Notes: a model not told the origin generated them from the letters alone. A stretch of 64,000 nucleotides of DNA from Candidatus Bathyarchaeota archaeon (GCA_963714275.1 CAVQNT010000002.1:576001-640000), one strand, 5' to 3'; positions 43,715 to 54,038 are shown, counted from the first letter of the stretch. Made by a program: numbers and translations.

Positions 43715-44875
43715 GTGCATTTCAAAGTGAATGACACGATTGACGTGGTTGTAAAAAACGGAATCATAGTTGATCCTTCGCAGGGAATCCACGAACAAAG
43801 GGACATCGCCATTTCACATGGCAAAATTGTTGACGTGAGAAAGGGTATAAACGCTGCTGGCGCAAAACGCGTCGTGGACGCTTCTGGAATGCTCGTTGCC
43901 CCTGGGCTTGTTGACCTCCACGTTCACTGCAGCCATAACATTAACTATATTGCTGTTGACCCAGAGACTGCGTGTTTGGCGAAGGGATGCACCACCATCT
44001 TAGACGCGGGTTCAACTGGCGAACTCAATTTTATGGGTTTCCGAAAATACGTAATAGACACGTCAAAAACAAGGATTTTGGCGCTCCTGAACATCGAGTC
44101 TCTCGGCATGGTCGAGTTTTCCCGAGCGAACCAGAAGTGGTCTCAACTCATTACGGGTCAGGATAGCATGTTCATCAATGTTGAAGGCGCCTGCGAAGTC
44201 ATCAACAAAAATAGAGACGCCATAGTTGGCTTGAAATGGGCTCATCACGGAATAGAAGGGCTGGCGCTTGCCCGAAAAGCTGCTGACGAAGCTGGCTGCA
44301 TCGTGATGGCTGAGAACCATCATCAGCCTGAATGCCTAAAATACCTGAGGAAGGGAGATGTTGTCACTCACCTTTTTCACGGTTTACGCATGGAACAACA
44401 CGACGGACTGCTTGACGCAGATGGCAAGGTTCAACCAGAATTCTTTGAGGCGAAAAAACGGGGAGTCATGTTTGATCTGGGGCATGGCGCCCGAAGCTTC
44501 ACTTGGGAAGTGGCTGAAAAAGGTTTAAGCCAAGGAATAAAGCCTGACACTTTGGGCACAGACCTTCACGTTGAAAATTTGAGTGGACCCGTCTTCGACC
44601 TGCCGACGACCATGTCTAAGCTTCTGCTATTAGGCAGGTCTCTCGACGAAGTAATTGAAGCCTGCACCTTCACGCCTGCAAAAGTCCTGGGTAAGCACGA
44701 CAAAATTGGAACCCTGAAGGTCGGCGCATACGCAGACGTTGCCATCCTTAAGCTTCAGAAAGGAAAATACGCCTTTACTGACACGAAGGAAGAAGGAAGA
44801 ATCGGAAAACAGAAGCTGACCGTCAAAGGGGTAATCAAAGACAACGAAATAATTGTTCAGCCCGTAAAAAAATAG
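43715..44875 (+). CDS. Amidohydrolase/deacetylase (Atu3266/EF_0837-like)
   Basis: PGLVDLHVH, DAGS.G, GD..TH.FHG, DLGHG..SF, GTDLH. Confidence 0.88.
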   Translation: MHFKVNDTIDVVVKNGIIVDPSQGIHEQRDIAISHGKIVDVRKGINAAGAKRVVDASGMLVAPGLVDLHVHCSHNINYIAVDPETACLAKGCTTILDAGSTGELNFMGFRKYVIDTSKTRILALLNIESLGMVEFSRANQKWSQLITGQDSMFINVEGACEVINKNRDAIVGLKWAHHGIEGLALARKAADEAGCIVMAENHHQPECLKYLRKGDVVTHLFHGLRMEQHDGLLDADGKVQPEFFEAKKRGVMFDLGHGARSFTWEVAEKGLSQGIKPDTLGTDLHVENLSGPVFDLPTTMSKLLLLGRSLDEVIEACTFTPAKVLGKHDKIGTLKVGAYADVAILKLQKGKYAFTDTKEEGRIGKQKLTVKGVIKDNEIIVQPVKK

Positions 44876-44965
44876 ATTGTTATCTGAACCGAAGGACATA
44901 TTTCAATCTTAAGCCAAAGATTTGTTGCAGCCAATTAACTAAGACTGTGTGGAGAAAAGGGTAAA

Positions 44966-46558
44966 ATGAACAAAAACCGCGACGACAATATTCCTCACCT
45001 GCGCAAAAAGGGCACAGCCACGCAGCTCATCGTAGACGGCGAACCGTTCGTCATGCTGGGCGGAGAACTGCACAACTCAAGCTCTTCCAGCCTAACATAC
45101 ATGGAGCCAATCTGGTCACGTCTTGTATCGCTCGGTTTAAACATGGTCTTGGCGCCGGTCTCTTGGGAGCTCGTTGAACCTGAGGAAGAAAAATTCGACT
45201 TTACCATAGTAGACGGACTCATCAAAGAAGCACGTAGGCACAAGCTTAGACTCGTCTTCCTCTGGTTCGGAACCTGGAAAAACACCAGCTCATCCTACGC
45301 GCCTACGTGGGTAAAAACCGACCTCAAACGGTTCCCCCGAGCTCACTGTCACAAGGCAGGAACACCGACGCGGTTTCATGTTTCAGTAAGGCTGCCTGCC
45401 TAGCTGATGCCCGTGCGTTCAGCGCATTAATGAAGCACATCCGCGAGGTCGACGACCAAGAACACACCGTCATCATGATGCAGGTTGAAAACGAGGTAGG
45501 CATCCTAAGGACTCCGCGCGACCGCTGCCAAATGGCTGAAGAACGTTTCGCCCAGCAAGCCCCGAAGGAGTTAATGAAGAATCTGCAGGCTCACGCTGAT
45601 TGTCTTATCCCTTACCTTCAACATATGTGGGAGGCAGCAGGCAGTAAGACAGACTGGGACGTGGAAGGAGATTTTCGGTTCAGGCGCAGACGAGGTTTTC
45701 ATGGCATGGTACATCGCAAAATATGTAAACGCAGTGACTAGAGCGGGCAAGGCTGAGTATCCGATTCCCATGTATGCTAACGCGTGGCTGGGACCCCAAC
45801 ACGAAGGGCAGCAGCCCGGCGACTACCCAAGCGGCGGACCAATTGCACGCATGATGGACGTGTGGCGGGCAGCTGCTCCAAACATCGACTTCTTGGCTCC
45901 TGACATCTACCTTGAGGATTTCCGCGGAGTCTGCTGCGAGTATACGCAGTCCGGGAACCCGTTGATGATTCCTGAGGCTCGAGGCGATGAACAAGCTGCA
46001 GCAAACGTTTTTTACGCTGTTGCCATGCACGACGCGTTGTGTTTTTCGCCGTTCGCTGTAGACTCGATCGTTGAGCCGCATCCGTTGACCGCAAGTTACA
46101 TGCTGCTTTCGGAAATGATGCCCGTCATAGCAGAGCATCACGGCATGGGGCGGATGATCGGCTTCGCGGATGACCCATCGTATGGTCCAAGGTACAACGT
46201 TTTCACAGGTGGAATGACGAGAGGCTTCGACTGCGAACTAGGCGGCTACTGGCTGCGCGTACGCTTCAACAGGCCACTTGAAACGGGGAAGGTTCCAGCT
46301 GCAGGACTCATCATCGCTTCGGAGGACGACGAATACATCGTGGCTGGCGCAGGTTTCACGCTCAGTTTTGCACCTAAGCCTGGAGAAGAGGTAAACATCG
46401 AAATATTGACGCTTGACGAGGGCAGATTCGAAAAAGGCAGGTGGATTCCAAGCCGACGCTTAAACGGCGACGAGTCCCAAGGCGGCAAACTTGTCTACAT
46501 GGGCGACGAACTATGCGTCCGCAAAGCCAAAATATACAGTTACTCCTTGACACAGTGA
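44966..46558 (+). CDS. GH35-like beta-galactosidase with DUF5597 C-terminus; two frameshifts
   Basis: GELHNSS.S, WFGTWKN, MMQVENE, YPSGGP, APDIY, IPEA, RRLNGDE. Confidence 0.88.
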
Positions 46559-46608
46559 AACAAACGAAATTAATCTATGTTGCGGAAAATTTTTTTGGGA
46601 GTGTACGT

Positions 46609-47145
46609 ATGAAGCAGGCTGTGATAGTGTATTGGTCCAAAACTGGGAACACGGAGAAGGTGGCACAAGCAATTAGAGAGGGCTTAGAGGAAGCTGGCAT
46701 AAAAGTCACGGTTAAGAGACTGGAGGACGCTGAAGACCTTGATTTCTTTGGTTACGACCTTGTTTGCGTGGGCTTTCCATCCGTCCAGTGGCATCCTCCC
46801 AAGCCGATGACGGAGTTTCTACAAAAGAAGTTCATTCAGTACCGCGAGCAGGGAAAAGTAAAACTCAGCGCTCCAAATGTGGCGGGAAAGAACGCCCTCG
46901 TTTTCTGTACGTATTCGGGTCCCCACACTGGAATCGACGAGGCTGTCCCTGCAGGCAAGTACGTTGGACAGTTCTTTGAGCATCTAGGCTTCAATGTCAT
47001 AGACGAATGGTATGTCCTCAGCGAGTTCCACGGTTCAGAAGAAAACAGCACAAAAGGCAAAATGGGCAACATAAAAGGCAAACCAAACAACGAAGACCTA
47101 AGAAAAATAATGAACAAAGCCCAAACAATAGCCAGTCAACTTTAA
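46609..47145 (+). CDS. Flavodoxin family protein
   Basis: VYWSKTGNTEKVA FMN-binding loop. Confidence 0.88.
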   Translation: MKQAVIVYWSKTGNTEKVAQAIREGLEEAGIKVTVKRLEDAEDLDFFGYDLVCVGFPSVQWHPPKPMTEFLQKKFIQYREQGKVKLSAPNVAGKNALVFCTYSGPHTGIDEAVPAGKYVGQFFEHLGFNVIDEWYVLSEFHGSEENSTKGKMGNIKGKPNNEDLRKIMNKAQTIASQL

Positions 47146-47199
47146 TTTACTTCTAATATACTCTTTCTAAAAATTCCTTCTTTTTCAGCAATATAGATT

Positions 47200-47366
47200 T
47201 GGCGCCGGGGGTGGGATTTGAACCCACGCGGCCACATGGGCCACAGACTGTTTGGCTTTTTTGCGCCATTTTTGGAGACTCCAGGCTTAAGCTCCCTTTC
47301 TATATGGGGATCTGCTCCATACCTGGTTTCCCGCCTTGTTTTCTTAAGGCTCTAGGAGACCCCGGC
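47200..47366 (-). tRNA. tRNA-Ser(GGA) with three introns (47327-47351, 47287-47311, 47250-47278)
   Basis: Acceptor GCCGGGG/CCCCGGC, discriminator G, encoded CCA, GGTTCAAATCC T-loop, long variable arm. BHB excision gives an 88-nt tRNA with arm CAGGC-CTGGAGA-GTCTG. Confidence 0.9.
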
Positions 47367-47403
47367 TTTTGGGTGCGCCTTGAATGTTTTTGGTGTTTGA
47401 GTC

Positions 47404-47416
47404 TATTTAATCTTTC
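47404..47416 (-). promoter_or_regulatory. BRE + TATA box for the tRNA-Ser gene
   Basis: GAAAG-ATTAAATA about 38-50 bp upstream of the mature 5' end. Confidence 0.55.
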
Positions 47417-47439
47417 ACAAAAAAAACAAAGTTGCAGTT

Positions 47440-48471
47440 CTATTGTTTGGTGTGCCAGAGCTTCGGGTACGTTCCTCGGGGCATGAGGACCCTGTTGTTT
47501 CTTGCGACTATACCGTGGTTTTTCTTGAGGATCTCCTGAGTCTTTGCGGTTGCAGTCGCTAGAGCTACGGCTTCGCCCTTCAACGTATAGATGCATGTCT
47601 CGGTATCTGGTTCGATGCCTGTTTCCAGCGAGACAACGCCTGGCGCGGTTAAGTGAGCTCCATGACACAAAGCGTCCACGGCTGAGTCCCTGACATTAAT
47701 TTTAGGCAACAGTTCTAGGGCTTTCTCCATGGGCATGATGAACTTTCTGAGAATGTTTAGGTCCTGGGTTTTCTGCCATTCGCTATGCAGGTAAACCATG
47801 TCGTGCAGGGTGACGATGTTCGCTGTTTCGGTGAAGGGTCCTGACCTCGTCCTCCTGAGCTCGTGCATGTGGGCTCCGCATCCCAGAACCTCTCCTACGT
47901 CGTGGCAAAGCTCCTGATATAAGTGCCAGCTTCGCAGTCGACCTTGAAAAGGACGTTTCTTCCATCAACCTCTAGGACATCGAGAAAATAGATTTTACGA
48001 ATCCTAATCTGTCTTTTCACCGACGCGCGGATAGGCGGTCTCTGAAAAATTTTTCCCTGAAACTCCTCAAGAACTTGTTTAACGCGGTTCTCAGGCAAAT
48101 CTTGATGAACCTTCATGACGCAAACGTATTCTTTCCCAGAACCCAGCAACGCATGAACAACCTTCGTTGCTTCCTCGAGGGCCACAGGTAACACGCCTGT
48201 CACTTTGGGATATCCTTGACCAACTATGTGCCTAGGTCTCTAAGGTCCCGCCGTGACCCGCCTGTTTCACGCCTAGAAGGCGTCTCACCCAAGCTGCGAC
48301 CTCGTGGCTTGAGGGTCCCGGAGGCTTGTCCAAGTTTATGACGCCGAACCTGAGCATGTCGGGATATGGTCTTTCTTCAGGCTTGCATCCGCTGTTCGGG
48401 TCGGTTTCCACCTCCGACTTGGTAAGGAACTCCCGTTTCACGGTCCATGGAGGGGGGATACTGGGCATCAT
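47440..48471 (-). CDS. cbf5: H/ACA pseudouridine synthase Cbf5 with a BHB intron; also a 1-bp deletion near 47910
   Basis: LDKPPGPSSHEV, GHGGTL[D]PKVTG after splicing, QRPP, AGTYIR, ELRRTRSGPF, PUA domain. Confidence 0.95.
48212..48239 (-). other. 28-nt mRNA intron in cbf5 with a strict bulge-helix-bulge motif
   Basis: GGGA-CCTT-AG^A-GACC...GGTC-AAGG-AT^A-TCCC; removal restores G^AT (Asp) and the reading frame. Confidence 0.93.
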
Positions 48472-48532
48472 GTTTTCCTCTAGACAGAATGAAGGTGAAT
48501 TGCGGGTTAAAAAGGTTAAGGATTCCGCCCGT

Positions 48533-48808
48533 TTATTCTGCCTTTTTCTTTTTAGGTTTTTCGGATTTTTCGGGCACGCCGAGGGCTTGAGCGACCTCTT
48601 CGTCTGTTGCTCCGCGCTTTATTTTTACTATTTCTTCAGTAAGTTTCAGGTGGTTTACGTTGACTCGTCTTCGTTTCACGCCGGAAGCAGATTTCGGTCC
48701 AGTTACGAGGACGAAGTTTTTGTCGACGACATCGACGATGACACATTTTTTGTCAGCTTCTCTGCCCGTCGTCTTTACGCACACTCTTCCAACCTCAATA
48801 GCAGGCAT
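48533..48808 (-). CDS. rpl14e: 50S ribosomal protein L14e
   Basis: MPAIEVGRVCVK..GREA..CVIVD..D.NFVLVTGPK..GVKRRRVN..HL. Confidence 0.96.
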   Translation of the reverse strand: MPAIEVGRVCVKTTGREADKKCVIVDVVDKNFVLVTGPKSASGVKRRRVNVNHLKLTEEIVKIKRGATDEEVAQALGVPEKSEKPKKKKAE

Positions 48809-48901
48809 CACGGAACCTCCATTTCCTCTCTGAAGAAACAATCAACTCATAAATAAACATTAAGGAAAATGTTTCATGCACGTTCTCTGATGCTTGAATT
48901 A

Positions 48902-49745
48902 TTAGGATTTTCTGGGCTTCTCCATTAGATTTTTCTTGAAGCTAAGGGTTCCATCCTTGAAATGGGGCTTTCTGAGAACAGTGTCGCTGCTTTTCTCGAT
49001 TTCGCGGGCTTCATCCACAAGTCTGGCGGCTGCCCTCATCATTTCGTGGGCTGCAGCAACCATGGGCACATAGGCGTTTGGGTCCTGAACTTTGAAACAT
49101 GCTTCCGTTGTTATTTTTGCTACTTGACAAGCCGTCTCGTAGGCTGCTAATGCTTTTGCTTTCGCGTATGGGTTTGAGAATCCAGCTGCTTCCACCGCTT
49201 TGGCTCCATCTATGACTATTCTAGGAGTCTCAAGTTTTGTGCCAGATTTTATGGAATTTATTGTCTTTTCTATGGTTTCGACGATGAGGTTGAAGGCTCC
49301 TGTTTCAGCCAAGACTTTTATTATGTCGGAGTTGTAGGCTGCCATCTCGGTTGGGTCGAGGAACTCTCTTCGGGCGCCAATTATCGAGTCGGCTTCCACG
49401 ATTATGTATCCTAAGCCTATATCCTCCATTTCCTTAGCGACCTTCTTGGTGGGACTGTCGGAAACCACTATTGCAGGCGTCTTTGCGGCAGTCTATCATT
49501 CTGCGGGCTTCGGTTGGTCCCGGCGTTGCCTGCGCTGGACCGACGAGAATTATGAGGTTTGTTTTCTGTTCCAACAGTTGTTTCGTGGCTTCTGCGCACT
49601 GTTTTGGTCCGAGCTTGGCACCTGAACCTGAAACTCTGACGTCGATATCGGTTCTTTCAGCCCTTTCATCCAAAAGAAATTCAATTAACGGCAAGGTTCC
49701 GATGCAGCCGAGCTTCAGGACGCCTATTTTTAATGCTTCGGTCAT
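48902..49745 (-). CDS. mtd: F420-dependent methylene-H4MPT dehydrogenase; frameshift near 49490
   Basis: KLGCIGT..LLDERAER, SGAKL, IIGARREFLDPTEMA.YN.D, FSNPYAKAKA, AHEMMR.A. Confidence 0.93.
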
Positions 49746-50747
49746 TTCGGCTTCTCCACCATTTTCTGCGCGATTTCCTGAGCCTTCACAGCATCCTCCG
49801 CCGTCACCTGAGGCTGCCTGTTTTGTTGTACGCATTCTATGAAGTGGTTGTCGAGTCTGGTAATGCCCCCACATCCTCGTGCCCTTCACCTCAACAGGCA
49901 CTTCTTTCGGTTCAGGATCCGAGCCATAGACAACTATCTTGTTGTTCCAGACCGCGTGTAGAACGTTCGTGTTGTCTCCGTAGACTTCAAGCCTGCTTGT
50001 GCTAGCCAACTGATTCACGGTGGCGCCGTAATGCAGAGAACCCACGATTCCTTTTCGGAGTTTGATTGTGCCCATCGTGTTGTAGCCGAGGATTCCGCCG
50101 AATTCTTTAAGCGGGGCGTAATTGGTCATCCACTCAACCTTCGCTATTTCGTCCTCGAACAGCCACCTCAGCATATCAATCGACCAAACTGAAAGCGTGA
50201 AATCGGGATACCCGCCGCTTTTGCTGATGTCCCACGCCCACGAGTCAGCAGGCCACTGTTCAGCTAAAGCAGCCGCGGGAATGAACTCCCTGAAATGCAC
50301 CGCAACGGGGTTCCTGACAACGCCTTCCTGAATCATCTCTTTCACCTTAACGTAAACGGGAGCAAACCTGAAGTTCAGAACAGGCATCAGTATAACGCTG
50401 TTTTTTTGGGCTGTCTCCGCCATCTTCTTAACTTGCTCAATCGTCGGCGCCAACGGCATTTCGCATAAAACGTGCTTGCCCTTTTCTATGGCTTTCATCG
50501 CCGATTCGTAGTGGAACGGCGTTGGCACAGACAAAACCACCGCATCAACTTCGGGATCACTTAGAATCTTTTCGTAGTCTAGGCAGTACTTTACGCCGTA
50601 CTTTTCTGAAAGCGCCTTCACTCTTTTTTCTGTCCTTGCGCCTATGACAATCAGGTTTGAGCCAGGTATCTTCCTGAAAGCCGGGACATGCGCTTTTCCG
50701 CCAACGAATCCCACTCCAATCACGGCTACTCCAATGTTGTCAGCCAT
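49742..50747 (-). CDS. Gfo/Idh/MocA family oxidoreductase; frameshifted near 49800-49860
   Basis: VIGVGFVG..H, P...H, GKHVLCEMP; probable real stop TGA overlaps the mtd ATG (ATGA). Confidence 0.88.
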
Positions 50748-50895
50748 TGCATTTCATCACCAAACATTCCTTAGATAGTAGAAGACGGTTTAAAAACCTA
50801 ATCGCTTTTTTAAGCTATAGGCAAAACATAAATCGTAACAAAAAAGCATACATTCACCGTTGTTCTTTAAAAAATAATGTAAAGGTGTCGGATTC

Positions 50896-51657
50896 ATGAA
50901 GCTCATAGACACGCATGCACACTTAGAGGACATAGAACGATTAGACGAAGCTCTCGTAAGGGCTGAAGATGCAGGAGTAACCGCGGTCATCACGATGGGC
51001 GCTGATAACAAATCCAACAACTGGGTACTGAATGAAGGCGTAAAACATGGAAGACATGGGCTGAAAATCTACCCAGCTCTGGGCATTCATCCGGGCTGGA
51101 TAGATGTTTCAAGGGTTGACGCTGACATACAGTTCACTGAAGACAACATCAGCAAGGTCGCAGCCGTAGGCGAAATAGGGCTGGACTACTGGTACAAGGC
51201 GGTCAGAAAGGACGAGGAGAAAAAAGCCCTGCAACGAGCCACCTTCAGAAGACTGCTCGAAATCGCGGAGAAACACGGCAAACCCGTCTCGATTCACAGC
51301 AGAGGAGCGTGGGCAGACTGCGTCAACATAACCGTTGAAACAGGAACCAAGAAAGCGGTCTTCCACTGGTTCACGGGTTCCTTGGACGATTTAGGGAGGC
51401 TTCTGGACCATGGCTACTACGTTTCAGCTACGCCTGCAGCAGCCTACAGCAAAGAACACAGAGCCACGATCGAAAACGCTCCTTTGGAACGGATTCTGTT
51501 AGAAACCGATTCGCCCGTCTCGTACAAGGGTGAACCCGCGGAGCCCAGCCATGTTCACAAAGCTCTCGCTGCAGTGGCTGAGCTGAAAAAAGAGAAACAG
51601 GAAATAGTGGCAGAAGTGACCACGGAGAACGCTGAGACCGTGTTTGGAATCGGATGA
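50896..51657 (+). CDS. tatD: TatD family hydrolase
   Basis: IDTHAH, GIHP, GEIGLD, IHSR, FHWF, LETDSP. Confidence 0.93.
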   Translation: MKLIDTHAHLEDIERLDEALVRAEDAGVTAVITMGADNKSNNWVLNEGVKHGRHGLKIYPALGIHPGWIDVSRVDADIQFTEDNISKVAAVGEIGLDYWYKAVRKDEEKKALQRATFRRLLEIAEKHGKPVSIHSRGAWADCVNITVETGTKKAVFHWFTGSLDDLGRLLDHGYYVSATPAAAYSKEHRATIENAPLERILLETDSPVSYKGEPAEPSHVHKALAAVAELKKEKQEIVAEVTTENAETVFGIG

Positions 51658-51680
51658 ACATTTTTTAGCGACGATGGGTC

Positions 51681-52571
51681 TTAACTTATTATTTTAACAA
51701 CGTTTCCGTTTCTAGGTACGCTTAACGTGTCAGCGACCAATGAGCACTTTGCCCTCAGGACATATACTATGGGTTTCGGTAAGACATGTTCAACTTCAGT
51801 TAGGCTTTCGTAGTTTCCCTGTCCCTTGGCAATTATGACGTCAGCGGTGTGCAGATGTTCCAGAAGTTCAAATGACGATTCATCAAGGTTCATGCCAATG
51901 TGGTCGTTTCCCGTCGTGATTACCTCAGCGACCTCTTCAAGCCCAACTTGCTTGGCGTCCTCTAAGGTTGCGTCGTTCAGGATTGGACCTGATTTTACGA
52001 CTGCGTAGACCTTGACTGGAAAGTTGTCGGTGATTGTTTTGATGAAGAATGTGTCAAACACGATTTCTCCAGCGTTGTCTAACAAATAAACGACCCTTTT
52101 CGACCTTGAGAGAGCTTCCGCAAGCTTCGGCGTGTCATCTATAGCTAAAGTTCCATCCAAGCATGCACAGAGAGAAGACTCCAGCTCATCCATGGAGAAC
52201 TGGTGCCCCTCTACCTCGAAGTCAATCGTGTTCCCACAAATGGCGCCCAAGGCTGCAAGCCTGAAAGCGTCCGTGAACTCAAGCTGGGCACATTTCTTTT
52301 CCAACACTTTGACGACACGTAGCGCAATTTCGTTAGAAGCCTTCTTCAATTCCTTAAACGGGTCTGGATTGCCTGTGATTTTTTTAGCCATCCTTTGGAC
52401 GTGAGTGTGAAATGCAGCTGGTGTCTCATTCAGCACCCCGGGATTTTCAGCCAACCACTTCATCGTTTCAAAAACTAGTTTACCCTGAAGCTCCTTGTCT
52501 TTGGTTGCCTTCATGGCGATGTCGAGGGCTGTCCTAACTGTGCATGGGAGGCAAAGCAGCTCGCCTTTCAT
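51681..52571 (-). CDS. DUF89/ARMT1-like damage-control phosphatase
   Basis: CLPC, DPF..LK, GNTIDF, DNAGEIVFD, AKGQGNYE, AKC. Confidence 0.92.
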   Translation of the reverse strand: MKGELLCLPCTVRTALDIAMKATKDKELQGKLVFETMKWLAENPGVLNETPAAFHTHVQRMAKKITGNPDPFKELKKASNEIALRVVKVLEKKCAQLEFTDAFRLAALGAICGNTIDFEVEGHQFSMDELESSLCACLDGTLAIDDTPKLAEALSRSKRVVYLLDNAGEIVFDTFFIKTITDNFPVKVYAVVKSGPILNDATLEDAKQVGLEEVAEVITTGNDHIGMNLDESSFELLEHLHTADVIIAKGQGNYESLTEVEHVLPKPIVYVLRAKCSLVADTLSVPRNGNVVKIIS

Positions 52572-52699
52572 TGGCTTGTTCTCCTCGAAGGTTCATTAGT
52601 TTCGCATCACTAAACAGGTTGAGGTTAATAAACGCTGAGTGCCGAGGTTTGTAACGCTTTTGAGCTCTTTCAGCTGATAAGCTTGTTGGATGAGGATTC

Positions 52700-53392
52700 A
52701 TGTCTGCGAGAAACCGAGTTGTCGTTGACGAACGGGAGAAACCTTCAGGCGTGCCCCTGCTGTTGAGGGATCTCGGATTGATGGTTGACTTCCGAATGCT
52801 CGATGTCGGAGACTACGTTGTACCCGGATATGCCATTGAACGCAAAGAAGCAAAGGATTTCCTGAAGTCCCTTTATTCACACCGCATTTTCGATCAGGCT
52901 CACAGGCTACGTGAAGTTTACGAAAATCCCGTTCTAATCGTAGAAGGAGATGTTGCCCAGATCATAAACCGCGGAATAAAGCCACAAGCCTACTGGGGAG
53001 CCATAGCAGCCTTGTCTTTCAACTTTGGATTAAAAGTGTTTTTTACTCCCAACCAGACGCAAACAGCCAACTTGATTTTTGCGTTGAGGAGAAAGAAGCC
53101 GCCCGTGTTGAAGGGGCCAATTGTTAAAAGGACACGTAGAGTCGAGAACATTGAAACAATGCAGCTTCAGCTTGTTTCCGCCCTTCCTGGTGTAGGCTTG
53201 AAGCTTGCGGATCGAATACTTACAAAATTTCAGACAGTCCGTTCGGTCTTTTCAGCCTCTGCAGCTGAGCTTTCAACGGTCAAGGGAGTAGGTAAAGTCA
53301 CAGCAGGCAAGGTCTTAAGTGCCTTTGACACTCCTTACCGTCCGTTTCTTAAACGTCCGCAACAACTTAGGCTTGACGGGAGCAATCCTTAA
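52700..53392 (+). CDS. xpf: Short-form XPF/ERCC4 endonuclease (nuclease + HhH2)
   Basis: VDERE, GDY, IERK...DF, two HhH motifs, PIP-like C-terminus QLRL. Confidence 0.92.
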   Translation: MSARNRVVVDEREKPSGVPLLLRDLGLMVDFRMLDVGDYVVPGYAIERKEAKDFLKSLYSHRIFDQAHRLREVYENPVLIVEGDVAQIINRGIKPQAYWGAIAALSFNFGLKVFFTPNQTQTANLIFALRRKKPPVLKGPIVKRTRRVENIETMQLQLVSALPGVGLKLADRILTKFQTVRSVFSASAAELSTVKGVGKVTAGKVLSAFDTPYRPFLKRPQQLRLDGSNP

Positions 53393-53607
53393 GGTTTCTC
53401 GCCTTTAAGCATTTTTAGTTCTCTTTCGCCTTCCTGCGTTAAAGAATAGTAACCGTCCGAGAACACTAATATGCACTCTTTGTCTTTCAGTGCTTTCAGT
53501 TCTGACGCAAGGGTGTCGGTGTGGAGGTTGAGGTCTCTGGTCATCTGGGCGAAATTTGGATTCTTCTCTTTCTTTATGTAATCCAGTATCTTCATCCTTC
53601 GACTCAT
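53389..53607 (-). CDS. Small winged-helix protein
   Basis: R.KIL.YI.....F..M...L......L...LK.L.....Y.LT..G. Confidence 0.75.
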   Translation of the reverse strand: MSRRMKILDYIKKEKNPNFAQMTRDLNLHTDTLASELKALKDKECILVFSDGYYSLTQEGERELKMLKGEKP

Positions 53608-53881
53608 GAACTATCTGCCCAATATAAAATTATTAAAGGCAAATATATTTTTTTTCACCGCCACACAGGCATGCAAGGTTCCAAAAAACCAGAGACAAAC
53701 AAAATACGTGTTTTAAGGCAACCAGAAAGTAAAAGCACTATGTCATCAACGTCTTATGGTTTTCCAAAAGGTTTAAAAGGTTAGAACATGAGAATTCTCA
53801 AAAGCCCATGTTTGGGATTTGCCAGCATCGTTCTTGAACGTTGCTGGACCATTGATGAGAATCTAAGGAAGATGAATGCGG

Positions 53882-53959
53882 ATGAGGGCCAAGTGGAAAA
53901 AGAAACGCATGCGGCGCGAAAAAAAGAAGAGAGAGAAAAGACGCGCTAGATACAAGTAA
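53882..53959 (+). CDS. rpl41e: Ribosomal protein eL41 (eS32), 25 aa MRAKWKKKRMRREKKKREKRRARYK
   Basis: Hand translation; same length and N-terminus as eukaryotic eL41 (MRAKWRKKRMRR). Confidence 0.9.
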   Translation: MRAKWKKKRMRREKKKREKRRARYK

Positions 53960-54038
53960 AAATGCTCCGAGACATCGTGTAAGATTATTAGGTTCCACTT
54001 CTGATTTTATAGTTAAGCCGTAACGGACTGAAGAGATT

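Noticed and set aside
47265-47295. Alternative anticodons (CCA from CTCCAAA, TAA from CTTAAG) suggesting a recoding tRNA
   Set aside because: Both fall inside or across BHB-defined introns; only GGA gives a 7-nt loop and fits the Ser identity elements.
49434-50747. Apparent Gfo/Idh/MocA-Mtd fusion
   Set aside because: The joining stretch is off-frame junk; another frame ends at a TGA overlapping the mtd ATG.
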